Origin: the human T2T-CHM13v2.0 reference genome, Homo sapiens
DNA: 64,000 bases
NCBI RefSeq assembly: GCF_009914755.1
Contig: NC_060926.1
Direction: 5' to 3' (one strand)
Positions within the stretch are counted from its first letter, which is position 1; every line of letters begins with the position of its first letter. The translations under genes and the position numbers were made by a program. The notes beneath the pieces are model-generated. The model did not search any database and was not told the DNA's origin. It saw only the letters and a program-made list of their open reading frames with translations. This document shows positions 42,601 to 57,848 of the stretch, piece after piece.

Positions 42601-43479
42601 AAGAGTTTTAAGATGTTTCTTTCTGACACCAGCAGGTTGTCAGAGTGTTGATGTTTTGTTAACGTCAAACTGTGTAGCAAAGAGTTGATCAAATTCTGAA
42701 TTCATGGAAGTGTTGATATGGAAAAGAAAACTCTTTAAACAGAGATGTTGGCTGGCAAGTGAATTAATCTATTTCCTTTAAGTTATTTCAGTGTGTAAGT
42801 AGGGAGCTAGCTGAGTGTACCTTGTTGTTAAAACCTCGAAGTCCTCGGAGAAAAGGGGGAAAAGTCACCAATTCTCAGACTGCAGATATGGGCTGCGATG
42901 GCCAATGGGTTATCGCACTGAAGGCCTGAGGGAGTGTGGGTGGGGAGCCAGCAAAGGCCTGGGCTGAAAGGGGCAGAAGAGGCCCTGCAACCTCTCCAGG
43001 TAGTGGAGAAGCCCCTATGACTTGGCTGGTGGGCATCTGGCTCCCACATCACTGCTAGTCCTTCCTGCTCCTCCTTGCCTGAATGATTGATTCTTCCCTT
43101 CTGTGGCCCTTTGTGTTGGTCACAGGGCTGTCCTGGCTAACCTGCTGCTGAACTTGGCCAGCCTGCCCACTGTGGCTTTAGCAGATGTTTCTGCTCTCTG
43201 AGGCTAATATAAGGTTTTATAGTCTTGTTGGTACCCCCACCCAGCTGCCTTGGGCAGTGGTGTATTTACCCAAATGATAAATTTCTCTCTACTCTCTCAA
43301 GACCTGGTCCAGAATGCTTAGAAAGTCAGTGTCCTATCATCACTATCCCTTTTCTCCACGGCCAGCTCTTAAGCTCTGCCCTGACTCAACTTTGGTCCTG
43401 GCCCCAAAGCATGCTTAAGAGGACTTAGCATCCTTCAAGCCCCGTTTCCTTTTCTGCTGCCTGAAGTGCTTATCAGTCT

Positions 43480-45700
43480 TCCTCCACTTGGTATTTATTG
43501 AGTACCAGCTGTGTGTCATGTTCGAGGGATGTAAAGATGAGACAGATTCTGGTCTTGCCCTGGGGAAGCAGAGGAGGTGGACAGGTAGCAAACACTTGCA
43601 ATGCATCAGGCTACCTTCAGGTACAGAAGTGCCCCAAAGGTGAGGAGGTGTTAGAGAAGAGAGAGGGGTTGTATCTGCCTGGGCTGGTGGTGGGAGAGGA
43701 GCTTCTGCAAGGTCCAAGAAGGCTTCACAAAGCAATCGTGTTTTGAACAGTGTTTCACATTTTGAGTAGAAAATTTCTAGATAGACAAAAATGGGCAGAG
43801 AGGGCATTCCAGGCAGAGGCTAGAAAAAGCAGAGAACATTCAAGGAGCAGTATGCAGTTTGGAATTCTTGGGGTGTGAGTTGTAGAGAGAGCCACGGATG
43901 AGGTTACAAAGAGAAGCCTGGAGTGGTAGGCGAAGGAGCTCAGATTTTGAGGGCAAGTAGGGAAGTGATACGGTCTCCTTCCACCAAGATAGAAAATCAC
44001 CTTAGCAACTGTGTGGTTGAAGGATAGTGAGGCCAGAGGCAGGAAAATTGTCATCAGTACCTGGGCCCTTTCCCCCAGTCATATCCTCTTGAGGCTCTGA
44101 ATAACTACCCCAACACAGAGATCTTTGCTCACAAAATCTTATGAGAGTTTACCAATGTGGTAATGTCTAACTGGACCCCAGGAGAACTAGGACAATAGAT
44201 GTCTTCAGCCTAGTGCCAAATGGACATTCTGAACAAGCAGCATTTCAGTTACTTCAAATTGTAGTTTCTTCCCAATTCTGGCAATGCATATCACACAAGA
44301 AGAAGTAGGGAGAAGCAAAGGGCAGGGAAAATGGAGAAGTTAGCTTCCCACTGTTATCTTTGCTGTCCCCTCGGAGATAGGGTCCTTCTCCCGCTTCCCT
44401 GTGGGGAACTCTTGGCCACCTGTGACCTTAGCCACTGAACATTGAGGGTGCAGGCTTTTCCAAAAACCTTTTGGCCCCATGGAACCCTCTAGGCCCTCCT
44501 TCATCCACAGGACATGCAAAAGTCCATTTACTAAATTCAGCTCCTTAGCTATTGGGAAGGTAAAGCCAGTGTGTCCTAACATAAATGGAATTGCAGATTA
44601 TCATTGAGTGGAGATTAGTAAGAAGATGCAGAAGTCTGGAGAATAAACAAGTCTTATCTAGAATAATTTCTACTTCAGAATTGTCACTGGTTTTTATCTG
44701 AGAGAGGAAGAGAGACATATCCACACTTGAATAGTGGAAGGAGGAGAGGAAAAGACTCATTTGAGAGCGTTAGAATGTCAGATCTAGGCTTGGGAAGTGA
44801 TTGGATGTAGAAGGGAGAGAGAGGAGAGTGAAGAATCACAGGCAAATCCCCAGCTGTGTTCTGGGGACAGGGGTGAGGAGTGTGGGGAGACATGGGTGTG
44901 GTGTTTTGATTTTTGGTGGTTTTGAGGGAGGGGTGGTCGTTTGCTTCCTTGCTTATTTAACTTGGGACAGAGCGCTGCTCTTAACAGAGGTAGGAAATGT
45001 AGTCAGTGGAACAGGTAAAGAAGGGAGGAAAATGCTGAACTTTGTCTTCTCCATGTGGAGTTTGAAACATTCATGGGACATCCAGTTCATGGTATCCAGA
45101 GGGCATTGTAGACGTATGTGGAGTCACAAGGCCAGATGGCCAGACCTTGGACAGGGAAGACACTCGTTGTGAGATGGCAGGAGACGAGGGCACACATGTA
45201 AAGTGAGTGGGCCTGGGAGAAATTGGCCAAAGGAAGGAGCTGGAAGGTTGCTTGCAACAGATTGAGTCTGATGATCTCAGTTTTCTCTGTGAAGAAGAGT
45301 TGAGGTTTTCTGCTGAGAAAGATTGGGAAGGCAGTCAGGTAAGAGGTCTGAGGAGAATAGTAACATTTTGGGACCTCTTCTGAGGGGCGTGGGGAAGGAG
45401 CTAACAAAGAGAGGTGAAAGGCCTGCCAACCCTCATGGAGGTAAGAACTAAGACAGCTTAGCAACTCACCTCCACACGGCCCAGCAGTTTTCTCTGTCAC
45501 TGCTCAGTGAGGACTTGCAGAAGTAGGAAAGGGCGATTATAAGATCGATCATAGGGTTTGTGGAGCTGGGATAGTAGAAGTGAGGGAAATAAAGAACCTT
45601 GAAGAAATTATCCATGTGGTTCACACTGCATAGCAAAGTTAATGAGGACAAGACAGGATAAGACTGGGGAAAAGGATCAAGGGGTCAGGGAATGTATGAA
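43480..45700 (-). mobile_element. Degenerate L2 remnants (patchy)
   Basis: gtatttattgagtacca, agagggcattccaggcagagg, gagtttgaaacattcatgggacatcca. Boundaries loose. Confidence 0.55.
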
Positions 45701-47976
45701 CATTTGCACAGTTCTAATGATAGCCAGGAGTTTCCCAGCTCCTGGAGAGACCTTTCTTTTCCAGTCAGACATGGTGTTCCACACTTATCACCCTGACCCA
45801 GAGGCTCTCAGGAACCATCGCAGGCCTCATGTAGCTGACCTGGGTGCATGGACTGTTGCGCCATGGTCCAGGTGGGTCTCCCCCTGACATAATGGGACTT
45901 GGATTTGAGAAAGCAGCTGATCAGAAGGGGCTGCCTGCCTCTCCTTTCCAGCCCTCCTCCACAGGGATCCTGCTGTGCCTGGGGTTGTGGGAGAGCACAT
46001 TCACAGTGACCCTGGCAGGAATTAGGCCCCATTTATGAGAGGCTGTGATGTGCCAAACCACAAATGTGATTGTAACCTCTTAATTCCTTTTCCTTTGAAA
46101 CATAGAGGAATAACCATCTATTTACAAAACTATATATACCTAAAGACTGTTTTCTATGAGAATTTCGTCTGAATTCTGCTTTAAGACCTGGTAAATGTCT
46201 TTTATAAAAAATACTTCTTAAAAATTAAATATAATTATACTAACCAAAAAGTTTTAAAGTTCAGCTTTTTCATGAGCACTTAGATTGGTAACTGACCATT
46301 GCAGTGTGATTAATAAAATGTCTTCTGTGTAAGATATAGGATACCACACAGTTTTTATAGCCTGCACAACCACTGCATGTGCTGGTAAGTTTTAGGTTAG
46401 TAGCCAAAACAGTGTAGCTTATACTTAAAATACTAGTTGTTTATGAAGTTTTTTTTGTCAAGATGTTTAAATATAAGTCTCTAGTATATTTCATAAAATG
46501 TTTTATGTGATGCAGTAAACATAGAAAAAAAGAGGTGGTCCATCTCCTGGGCAGAAGCCAGTCAGTTGTCTACACACTGGAAGTGCCTACCATGCATCAG
46601 GTGTAGAGAGAGACAGGAGTGAGGCCTGGCCCTTGCTCCTGAGGTTTCAGTGTCTGTGGCACTCAAGGCACCTGAAGAAGCAATTAGGACAGTGTTGTAA
46701 ATGCAGCAGAAGAGCAGGGAGGATGGAGTAAGTGGCTGACTGTGTAGGATGGCCCCAAATCCTCTTTGAAAGAACAGGGGAGGTGTGTAAAACACAGCAC
46801 ACACTCTGCCTGGGGGATTTTGGATAAACCTTTTAGCAGTGGCAATGAGCTGAATCTGAAAGGATGTACAAGAGTTTGCCAGATGTAAAATGTCCAGAAA
46901 GGTGTTCCAGAAAGAGGGACCAGCACAAGCAAGAGCTGGAGCAGCACACAGACAGGTGAAGGGGGTGCAGTGGGAAGGCCCATGTGACTGGTGTTGCCAG
47001 TGCCCCGGGAGAGGGCCAGGGCACAAAGCTGAAGGGGATGCTTGAGCCTGGTGACAGTGCACCTTGGATACCGTGGGCTGGCCAGTGAGCTGACTTTCAC
47101 TGAGCATCTTCAGTATTGTTCTACCAATAAGAAGACCAAGACTCAAAATTTTACTAACTTGCCCAAATTGTACAAGAAGCGGTGGGCCCAGGATTAGCCC
47201 CCAAGTCTCTCAGGTGGCAAAGCCTTTGCTGTCTTTCCTGCACCATGCTGCTGCTGAGTCTGCACTTCACTCACTGTAAAAAGGTCTTTAGACCTTGTTG
47301 TATTTTTTTAAGTGGTGAGGCCCTTTTTGCAAATAATATCTGAACCCCAAATTCCAACATATAGAAACAGATCAGGTTTTCACTAAATAATTAGCATTCA
47401 TTTATTTCATATTTAAATGTGTAACACACACCAATTAATGAAAACAGTGACTTTGTTTTTAATAAGCTCATTTATTTTGGAATGCTTGCAGTTGACAGAG
47501 AAGTTGCAAGGGTAGTAAAGAGTGGTCCCATACCCGGTTCCTCCACGTTAACATCTTACGTGACTACGCTTCATGTGTCCTAACTCAGAAACTGACATTG
47601 GAATATTACTATTAGCTAAACTCCTTACTTTATTTGGATTTCACTAGTTTTTCCATCAATGTTTTCTTTCTGTTCCAGGGTCTAGTTCTGGCCCAAGTTA
47701 TAATGACTTTCTTTTGACAAACACTAAATATGAAGTTAGGAATTATAATGCATTGTCAGATGCTCAGCTTTGTGACTTAAAGTAAGATACTGCCGTGAAC
47801 ACTTAGAAGACACACTAACTATCTGTACAAAAGGCATTAAGCCCTGGACTGATGTCATTGCAACAAGCATGCTGGGTGGCTGAGCAGCCAGTTACCAAAA
47901 TACAGTTGATAGAACGAACTGTTAATGCAGCCCAGAGGAGAACACAAGAATGCATACCCAGCAAACTTGATGTAGT

Positions 47977-48370
47977 CTGTCTTAGCTCAGGCTCCTATAG
48001 TAACATGCCATAGCTTAAACAACAGAGATTTATTTTCTCCCAGTTTTGGAGGCCAGAATCCCATATCAAGGTGCTAGCCAATTCGGTTCCTGGTGATGGT
48101 CTCTTCTTGATTTGTATATGGCTGTGTCCTCACATGGGCTTTTCTCTGTGCCTACTCATGCAGAGAGAGACTTGTGTCTCTTTCTTGTCTTATAAAGTCA
48201 CCAGTCGTATTTGACCAGGGCACCACCCCGTGTCCTCATTTAACCTTACTTACCTCTGAAAGACCCTGTCTCTATATACGGTCACACTGGGGGTTAGGGC
48301 TTCAACATATAACTGCGGCGGTGGGGGGGGGGGGGGGGGGGGGGAGGGGGTGCCAATTCAGTCCCTAGGA
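47977..48370 (-). mobile_element. MLT1B/C-like MaLR solo LTR
   Basis: tgtcttagctcaggctcctatagtaac..ttaaacaacagagatttattttctcccagttttggaggccaga..gtcacactgggggttagggcttcaacatat. Confidence 0.8.
48323..48350 (+). repeat. Poly-G run (G22-A-G5)
   Basis: Direct read, inside the MLT1 LTR. Confidence 0.93.
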
Positions 48371-49503
48371 TAGCCCAAAGGCTGAGTAGGTGAAATCTTT
48401 ATCATTCAACCACGAGATGGTATCATCTTGAAGCTTTCTCCATTTTGTGCACTATTTTTAAACAGGTGAAGATGTATCATTTTATAAAACACTTGACATA
48501 TACAAGAAAATGTTAAATATTTGGATTACATTCTAATGCATCACAAAATAAGTTAGCAAAGAAAATATAGTATTGTCTGAACTGATGGTGCAAAAGTAAT
48601 GGCAAGAAAAAAATTTCAAAGGTAGTTGTCTGTAAAAGCTGTTAGCGAAGGCTGGTAGGAAAAGTTGTTACCAGAGTTATCAGGTAGTCATTAGGTTTCA
48701 TACAGATGTTAAAAGACATGACATTCTTTAGAAATACCAAACAATTGCCAATTATTTGTTACTGGTGTGGGCCATGAGTTCTAGAATTTACTATTCCATA
48801 CCAAAGATATTTACTGTACTAAAGTAGAGTACAGTTGCAGATACTTCACGCAGAATAAGAAGCCGCTGGGGTTTGTTCTGTTTCTGCCCGTAAAGAAACA
48901 TAGTTTGCTGAATGTCCCTCAATTTACAGCATGGCCACCCTTTGCCTATCACTTCTCAGTTACCTAGCATGGGGTTACAGTGTTATCCATGCTCAACACT
49001 GCAAGCCAAAGTGGGCCATAGTAAGTGTGTTGAGTAAATGGCTAGTACTGCTGATGTTTTTAGTTAGAGAGGTGGGGTGGATGGTCCTGCCATTAATCAA
49101 GAAAAATATGGGAAAAGGAACAGATAGTGGTAGATGGGAGAGAGTTTTTGAAGTATTTTCAGGAGATACAGATAGAGATATTCATTTCATCTTTGGAATA
49201 GTAGGAAAAAAAACAAGTAATATTTTGGGACAACTGCAAGTCATCATTTGAAAGTAAGCTGAAAAACAGTTTTTAATTAAAGAGTATATACCGTTGACTC
49301 AGTTTATTATGGAACAGAAAGATCAATAAGGAGAAGAAATAATTTAGGCTTAAAAAATGGGAAAATGGATAACTAGTTGATCACAATGTTTATCTAGGAA
49401 ACCTGGATGTATGATCCTTTCTGTTTTATCACTCTAGTGATATTTTATTGAAGTAGTCTCTTAATGTTCCAACATGTAATTTGGTAAATTACGGTATATT
49501 CAG

Positions 49504-49617
49504 TTACTAAAACATTGATTCAACAATAACAATAGCTTATTTTACTTTAACAAAACCCTGTCCAGAGTTTACACTCAACCCTTGGGCTCTTAAGTATATG
49601 TATAATTCAACTGGAGT
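49504..49617 (+). repeat. Copy 1 of a ~110-bp local dispersed duplication
   Basis: Aligns to 51763-51871 with ~9 substitutions and two small indels (manual alignment). Confidence 0.9.
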
Positions 49618-49946
49618 GCTTATATCCAAAAGCACAAGTACTTCTTGAGTCTGGAGCTTCAGGTTTAGTAGATAATACAATGTAGCTATTTTACATTGCT
49701 TGCATTGTACTTTTGTCTTCCCTTACCAGTTCTCCTCACTTTCCCAGCTCATATTCCTATTTGACTCTAGAGGCGCATGGAAAAGTATACAACAGTGTGG
49801 TCTTTCTGCAGAGTCTTTGGGAACAGAGCCACCTCCATCTTCAGCTTGCTCTGGAAAAGCTGAAGCTGTTCACCAAAACTCTGCCCACTGGGCTTCTCCT
49901 AAGCGGGTTGGAGAAAGGTGCTCATGGGCCTGTGCTCTATTTACAG

Positions 49947-50054
49947 GTGGTCCCCATGCTTCCCAGGCTGCTGTGTGAGGAGCTGTGCAGCCTCAACCCC
50001 ATGTCCGACAAGCTGACCTTCTCTGTGATCTGGACACTGACTCCAGAGGGCAAG
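49947..50054 (+). CDS. DIS3L2: DIS3L2 coding exon (probably exon 12, 108 bp): [36 protein letters not shown]
   Basis: ttacag acceptor (AG 49945-49946), AAG|GTAACA donor. RNB motif PMLP..L...LCSL. Phase 0-0. Lies inside ORF 49713..50105. Confidence 0.97.
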
Positions 50055-50989
50055 GTAACAACTTACACGTTTTCTTTCTCCACTTACCTCTTTTCTGTTC
50101 CATGAGTCATGAAGCACTCACCATGTGCCTGGCACTGGCTTGGGTGCCATGGTGGTAAGACAAGGGAGGTATGGAGTAGCCATCATAGAGAAATGTCAGA
50201 GTCCCTGCCTCGGAAGAGCCGTTGGCCCCACTTAGAAGCCAAGACTGACCTTAAGCACTTAGAACAGGCTTCTTGTCTGTTATCAGGTGAAGGAAGAAAT
50301 TGAGTAAGCAGAGTGATGCCGGGGAGGCTTATGCAGGAGACAGGGTGTAAGTGGGATTGAATGAGGATTGGCAAAGGCAGGAGGGGCAGCCCAGCCTGCA
50401 GTTAGGAGAGCAGAGCCTGTTTAGAGGAGGACATTAGGTAAAGTGGGAAGTTTACATAGGTGGGGTGAAATCAAACTGGAGAATCACAAATGAATTGTAG
50501 GTGTTAGGGTTCCTCTGAAGTGTCATGAGAAAGCTGATTGTAGAAAGGTCAGTGGTGCATCGTCATGCTGGATGATTGGAGCGGTGAAGATGAATTAGCA
50601 AGGTAGTGCTATAATCAAGGCACAAGGTGGTGAAACCACAGACCAAGAACAGAGGAGAGAAGGATGTCAGCAGGGGTTTCTGGGCATAAGGAAAAAGATG
50701 TCTGTGCCTGTCGTCGGGATGTGCCTATGCGTATCATAGGGAACGGCAGGAGAGAGATACATGAAAGAGAAACTAGTCCCCTCCCTGCAAATGTAACAAC
50801 TCCAAACATTCAGAAGTAGGGTCGTGATTAAGTAAGCCCTGGTGCCTTCTCAGTGGAATATATGCAGTTATTAAAGTTGTTGACAGAGACCATGGAAGAA
50901 CATGGGAAGTGTTTATACTGTAATATTAAATGGAAGTAAAAAAAGATATTTAATTATAAAGAGGTTCCAAATAAAGATAGAGGATCAAA

Positions 50990-52730
50990 TACCCACATTT
51001 ACTTTCATTCCCTCCCAAAACCTCACTAAAACAACAGTAAAAGGATTTTTTTTTTAAAGACATAAACCCACAAGGACAAAGAGAGTGGGAGAGGAGACAA
51101 CAGCAACAAAATTTTGGAATCTGGGTAGCAGATGGATGAGTGTAACTGACTTAGGAGTCCTGAGAAAGCTGAATCCTGAGCCAGCAATAGAGAAAGCCAA
51201 GAAACAACCCAGTTTATGCAGCAGAACCCTAAACAATTCAGAAATTGACAGTACCAGATAATTCTAGAAAGTGGGGGAGGGGTGGGGGAGAGTGAGGCTA
51301 ACAACAGTATTGAAAGTTTATTTTTAAAAATTGCCCCTCCTATAACTTAGTGGAAGATCAGAAATGTGTTCTCTAGACAGGGTAAAGTAAGAGGTGTCTG
51401 AACTAGAGGACATCAAACATGCTTGATGGCAGTGACACCTTGGGGGAGATTGAGTGAATGTTGGCATACTGAACGTTAAGAGTGTCAGCTTTCTTTTTGC
51501 TGCCAGCCCCAGAATTCTGGTCGCCAGGCCTATATCCATGAGTCGGGACATGGGAAAATCTCTGAGGACTCTGAATAGTGAGGAATAAAAACATAAAGAT
51601 ACTAACCTTAAGAGTTTCCCAATCAGCAGCCCAGCTGTCTTTCCCTACAGTAAAGCTTACAGACAATAAGCTTCACCCGCACAATCAGAGCTTTTTAGGA
51701 TTTCATTTCCATATATGAAGAGACAACCCGAGGGAAGCTTCTAATGTGAAATAGGGAGGCTATTACTAATGCATTGATTCAACAATAGCTTTATTTTACT
51801 TTGATGAAACCCTGTCCAGAGTTTACACTTAGCCCTAGGGCTCTTAAGTATATGTGTAATTCAACTGGAGTACAAACAAAACAGGAAAGAAGTAAACAAA
51901 CAGAAAATGAAGTAAACAGGAAAAAGTAACTAGAACAAAACACACTAGCAGGGAAAAGAAATTATCACTTATATCTTTAGGGAATTTTTTTAAAAAAGAA
52001 GGTAGCTGTATCACAAAATCTTGATACTTTAAAAAGGAAACATTTGGAGGGAAAAAAAGAGCTCTTGGGAATTAAACACAGGTTAGAAGAATTAAAGATT
52101 CAAGATTCCTACTGAAAGGTAAAGTTGAGGAGCTGTCCCAAGAAGAGACAGAAAAGACAAAAAATTAGAAGACTAGTCCAAGATATACAATATCTGTTCA
52201 ATGACCGTTCCAGAAATAGAGAACAAAGTAAACAGAGGAAAAGAAATGATCAACAAAATAATTTTAGGAAATGCCCCATTCCTGGAAGATGTGATTTTCC
52301 ATATTGAAAGGGCACACTGCCTAGCACAGGGGTGGAGGCACATCATCAAGACACATCATTATAAAATTTCAGAACACTGTGGACAAAGAAAAAAAGACAT
52401 ACGATAAAATCGGAAATCAGAATAACTTCAGACTTTTCTACCACAACCCTAGAAATTAGATGACAGTGAAGCAAAGCTTTCTAATTTCTGAAGAACTGTG
52501 ATCTCCATGCCAAAATTCTGTACCCAACGAAGCTATCAATAAAAAGGGTAGGAAAGGACATTTTCAGACATACAAGGCTTCAACAAAAATGTCCATCTCA
52601 TACACCCTTTCTCAGAAAGCCACCAGAAGATGTGCTTCACCAAAATGAAGGAGGAGTAAATGAAGAAAGAGGAAGACATGGGACGCAGGAAGCAGATAAT
52701 CCAATACAGGAAAGAAGTGAAGGAATCACT
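50990..52730 (+). mobile_element. Old L1M 5'/ORF1-region remnant
   Basis: gttccagaaatagagaac, tccatattgaaagggcacac, aaatttcagaacactg, atcagaataacttcagacttttc and aaaattctgtacccaacgaagctatcaa resemble ancient L1 ORF1. No long ORF. Confidence 0.7.
51763..51871 (+). repeat. Copy 2 of the ~110-bp local duplication, embedded in an old L1
   Basis: Shares aaaccctgtccagagtttacact, gggctcttaagtatatgt and taattcaactggagt with 49504-49617. Confidence 0.9.
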
Positions 52731-52834
52731 TAGATCAGGGCTGGCAGACTTTTCCTGTAAAGGGCCAGATAGTCAGTATCCCTGTCACAGCTACTACACT
52801 GTCCTTCAGGTCTGTCTTAAAGAAGATGCTAAGT

Positions 52835-54155
<1,321 letters not shown>

Positions 54156-57100
54156 TGGACAGTTGGTGGAAAGTTTGGGGTAGATTAATATACATAGCAC
54201 ACAGAAAAACCAAGCAAATAAAAAGACAGTTATTAATTCCAGTGAGAATAAAAAGTTGTATAGAAAAGAAAAGTAACACTTAGTATTTATGTAATCATAA
54301 TAGTAGATTGATAAAATGAATTCTGATCATTGTCATGTATTAGGAGGATTAAGGACTAGAATAGTTACGTGGGCATGGTGGGGGAGGGAGTGTGTATGGA
54401 AGAAAAAATAAATTATCTTCTGTAGTGAAAAGTTTGCAAATAATGCCTAAAAAAAATCAGGAAGTAGCAGACAGGTTATATAGAAAGTTAATATCCAAAT
54501 ACTCTTTTAAAAGAGGTAAAAGTAGTTACTCTTGGGAAGTAACAGAGAGGGATGGGGGCTGCTGTTTTTCATAACAATACTTTAAAACTATTTGAACTAT
54601 GTATACTTTAATATTTTTATTGTGAAAAATTTCAAACATACATGAAAGTAAAGGGCACAATAAACCCATCCTCCCCACTTCCCAGATTCAACTATCAAGA
54701 CAGAGTGTTTTAAAACAAACCACAGACATGTCATTTCGCTCATACATATTTTAGTATGAAGCTGAAAAAATTTTGGACATTTTCTTATATACCACAGTGC
54801 CATTAGCACACCTAACAGTGACTACTAATGCCTTGGTGTCATTCTGAACCCAGTCCGTAATAGATTTCCTTGCTTTCTCCCATAGATTTTCCTGAATTGG
54901 GATCAAAACAAGTTATACACATTATATTTGGTTTTTATGGCTCTTAAATATCGGGTTAATAAAAAAAAAGCACCCTTTTAAAGATTTTTTTAAGAGTTAA
55001 GAGGCAAACGCTATCTGAAAACAGAAGGAATTATGAGGACAGTATGCCAGCAATCATATTTTGGTGGGGGTGGGAGCATGCATAGGGGAAAAAATGAATG
55101 GAAAAAGACCAGTAGGAAATAAAATCGAATGCCAATAGCGGTTATGTTTGGGTAGTAAAACTATGAGTAATTTTTTCTACTTTTTTGTATTTTCTAATGT
55201 TTTTTGAAAACGTGTAGCTTTTATGTTTTTATAAATGCTTATTTTCGTGAAAGTTTAACTAAACAGAAAATAAAAGCCCATAGAAGAAAGCTAACTTGAG
55301 TCAACAGAAAAGAACTTTGAGTCTGAATTTTGCCTGCCAAAGTCAGACCCAAGAAATAAAAAGCTGCCCAATCTAATGAGCTTCTAAAATATGAGGGTCA
55401 TAAAAGAAGCACTAGAAAGTGGCAAACTCTGTAACTCAGTTGGCCTCTGGGGTTTCTGTTGGAGGTAGTGTCTGGTGCCCAGGCCACTGGCATTAGGGAC
55501 TAGAGAGCAGGTGTGAAGTAGGCACAGGATCCAGGAGGGGCTGTGGGCCTCAGTGCAAACCAAGCCAGATCGGAAGTAATGAGAGTTTGGACTAGAGACA
55601 GAGTTGTAGGGCAAAGCCCACTAACCACACTCCTTGTACTGTTGGTTATCCAAACACCCTGCCCAGACCAAGCGACCACATGAGAGGTAGACCTGGTTGG
55701 TTAGTCCTGGGATGAGTATCTCTTACCCACAATCAAGATGCATGAAATGAGAGGTCAGATTCCAGACTCACATCCAAGGGATGGTCCTTCCTCAAGACAC
55801 TGGCAAGGAAAGCTTGAGTTTAGCAAGGGCTGGGGGAACAAAGTTCGGAACCAGATGGGAGGGTTAGGGAGCCAGAGAAGGCCAACGGGCAAGGGGTAGC
55901 CCTGCATCAAGAACCCAGTGATGAAGAGGAGGATCTCCGAAGCCTGTGTGGCCAAAGTCTGAGGCTGGTTTTGCATGCAGTGGTGACTTCTCTTGGCGTA
56001 AAGGTTTGGACTTAGAAGGAGTCAGAGCAGGGCCAACAGCATCATGCCACAGCTGCTGCGTAGCCACCAGTCTCACCTGGAGTTGAAGTGGAGAAAGCTC
56101 TGTATTTTTCCTTAGTCTATTGGAATGGCTTACTTTCTGGAGCAGGCATGGTCAGCTATAGAAAGATTGTTCCAACGTTTTCTTAACGCCTACTAAATTT
56201 TTTTTTAAACACTCACAAGAAAATCTTGGACATGTATGCATTCATTAAGCTAGTGCTCAGGCTTTTAGGTCAATAAACGCTGAATAATTTATTTTTAGCA
56301 TATTTCTCACATGTTGGTTGTGAGAGTCTTATTCTCTGACTTAGTAACTAAGTCCTTAGACCTTAGAACCTTAGAATCTTAGGGCCAAAGATCAGAATAA
56401 TAAAAGAAGGGTCTCACAATTGATTAGCTATCCTCAGTTTGTGTCTCCTGTGACATCCCTGCTGTGTGCTGTACAGGATTAGTCAGGACCTGGAGTGTAC
56501 TATGGAAGTCGCCTATTTCAGCCATTTACTTAGGTCAAAAACCACGGGGTCATTCTTGACTTTGGTCTTTCTCTCATGCTACATCTGCATCCAGTCTGCC
56601 AGTGTGTCATCGCTGCTTTGCTTTCTGAATGCCTCCAGAATCAGCCCCCTTCCTTAACTACCGGCACTAATACCTGCGTCCAAGCTATTCTCTCTCACCT
56701 TGACAGATACAGTGGCCTCCTGACTGTCCTTGCAGCCTCTGCTCTTGCCCCACGTTATCTCCTCTGCATACAGCTGTCAGAGTGATCCTTCTGAATCTTA
56801 AGCCTTGTCTCTCCATTAAAACTTTCCAATCTCTCATTCACAATAAAAGATAAAACGCCCCCTTACAATGGTAACTTTTTCCTTGTTCTTTTCTGCCTGT
56901 CTTCTGTGCTGGAAATGCATGGACTCCAGAGTCTTCCTGCAACCAGCATCTCCTCTCATGTCCTGGAGCATTGCTGCTCACAGGAGAGAAGCTGCCTTTT
57001 ATGTGTAACTGAGCTCTCTGCTGTGCTGCAGGCCCCCTCCCCAGCTCCAGGGACCTGACATCAGTCAAGGTTGAGTTTCCCCACCTGCCATCTTCTCATA

Positions 57101-57440
57101 TCCTTCAAGCCTCTGCCCCTTCCTTGTAGCTGAGCAGATCTTTTCCTCCCTGCTTAACTCATTCCATTCTGAGAATTGGACATTGTAGAACTATGTTGTG
57201 TACCAGTTGGGGCTTTCTCAGCTGAACCTTCAGTGCTACTTGGGAATCCTTTTATTCGTCACTAGGTTCCAAGCCTTTTTTCTTCGGTTCCAACCTCAAC
57301 CTTGCTTTCCACTCCTCTTTCCTTTAAGACCCATCATTCTCCCAAGTACCTTTCATTCCTCCTTCTTGGAAACGAGAGAGGCTAGCCAACTTCAACTGCT
57401 GAGGTCCCCCTTTCCACATCAAAATTTCTCTCTGCCTTGC

Positions 57441-57848
<408 letters not shown>

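Noticed and set aside
46562-47146. 194-aa minus-strand ORF and overlapping ORFs
   Set aside because: Non-ATG start, overlies degenerate L2-like sequence, no protein family signal.
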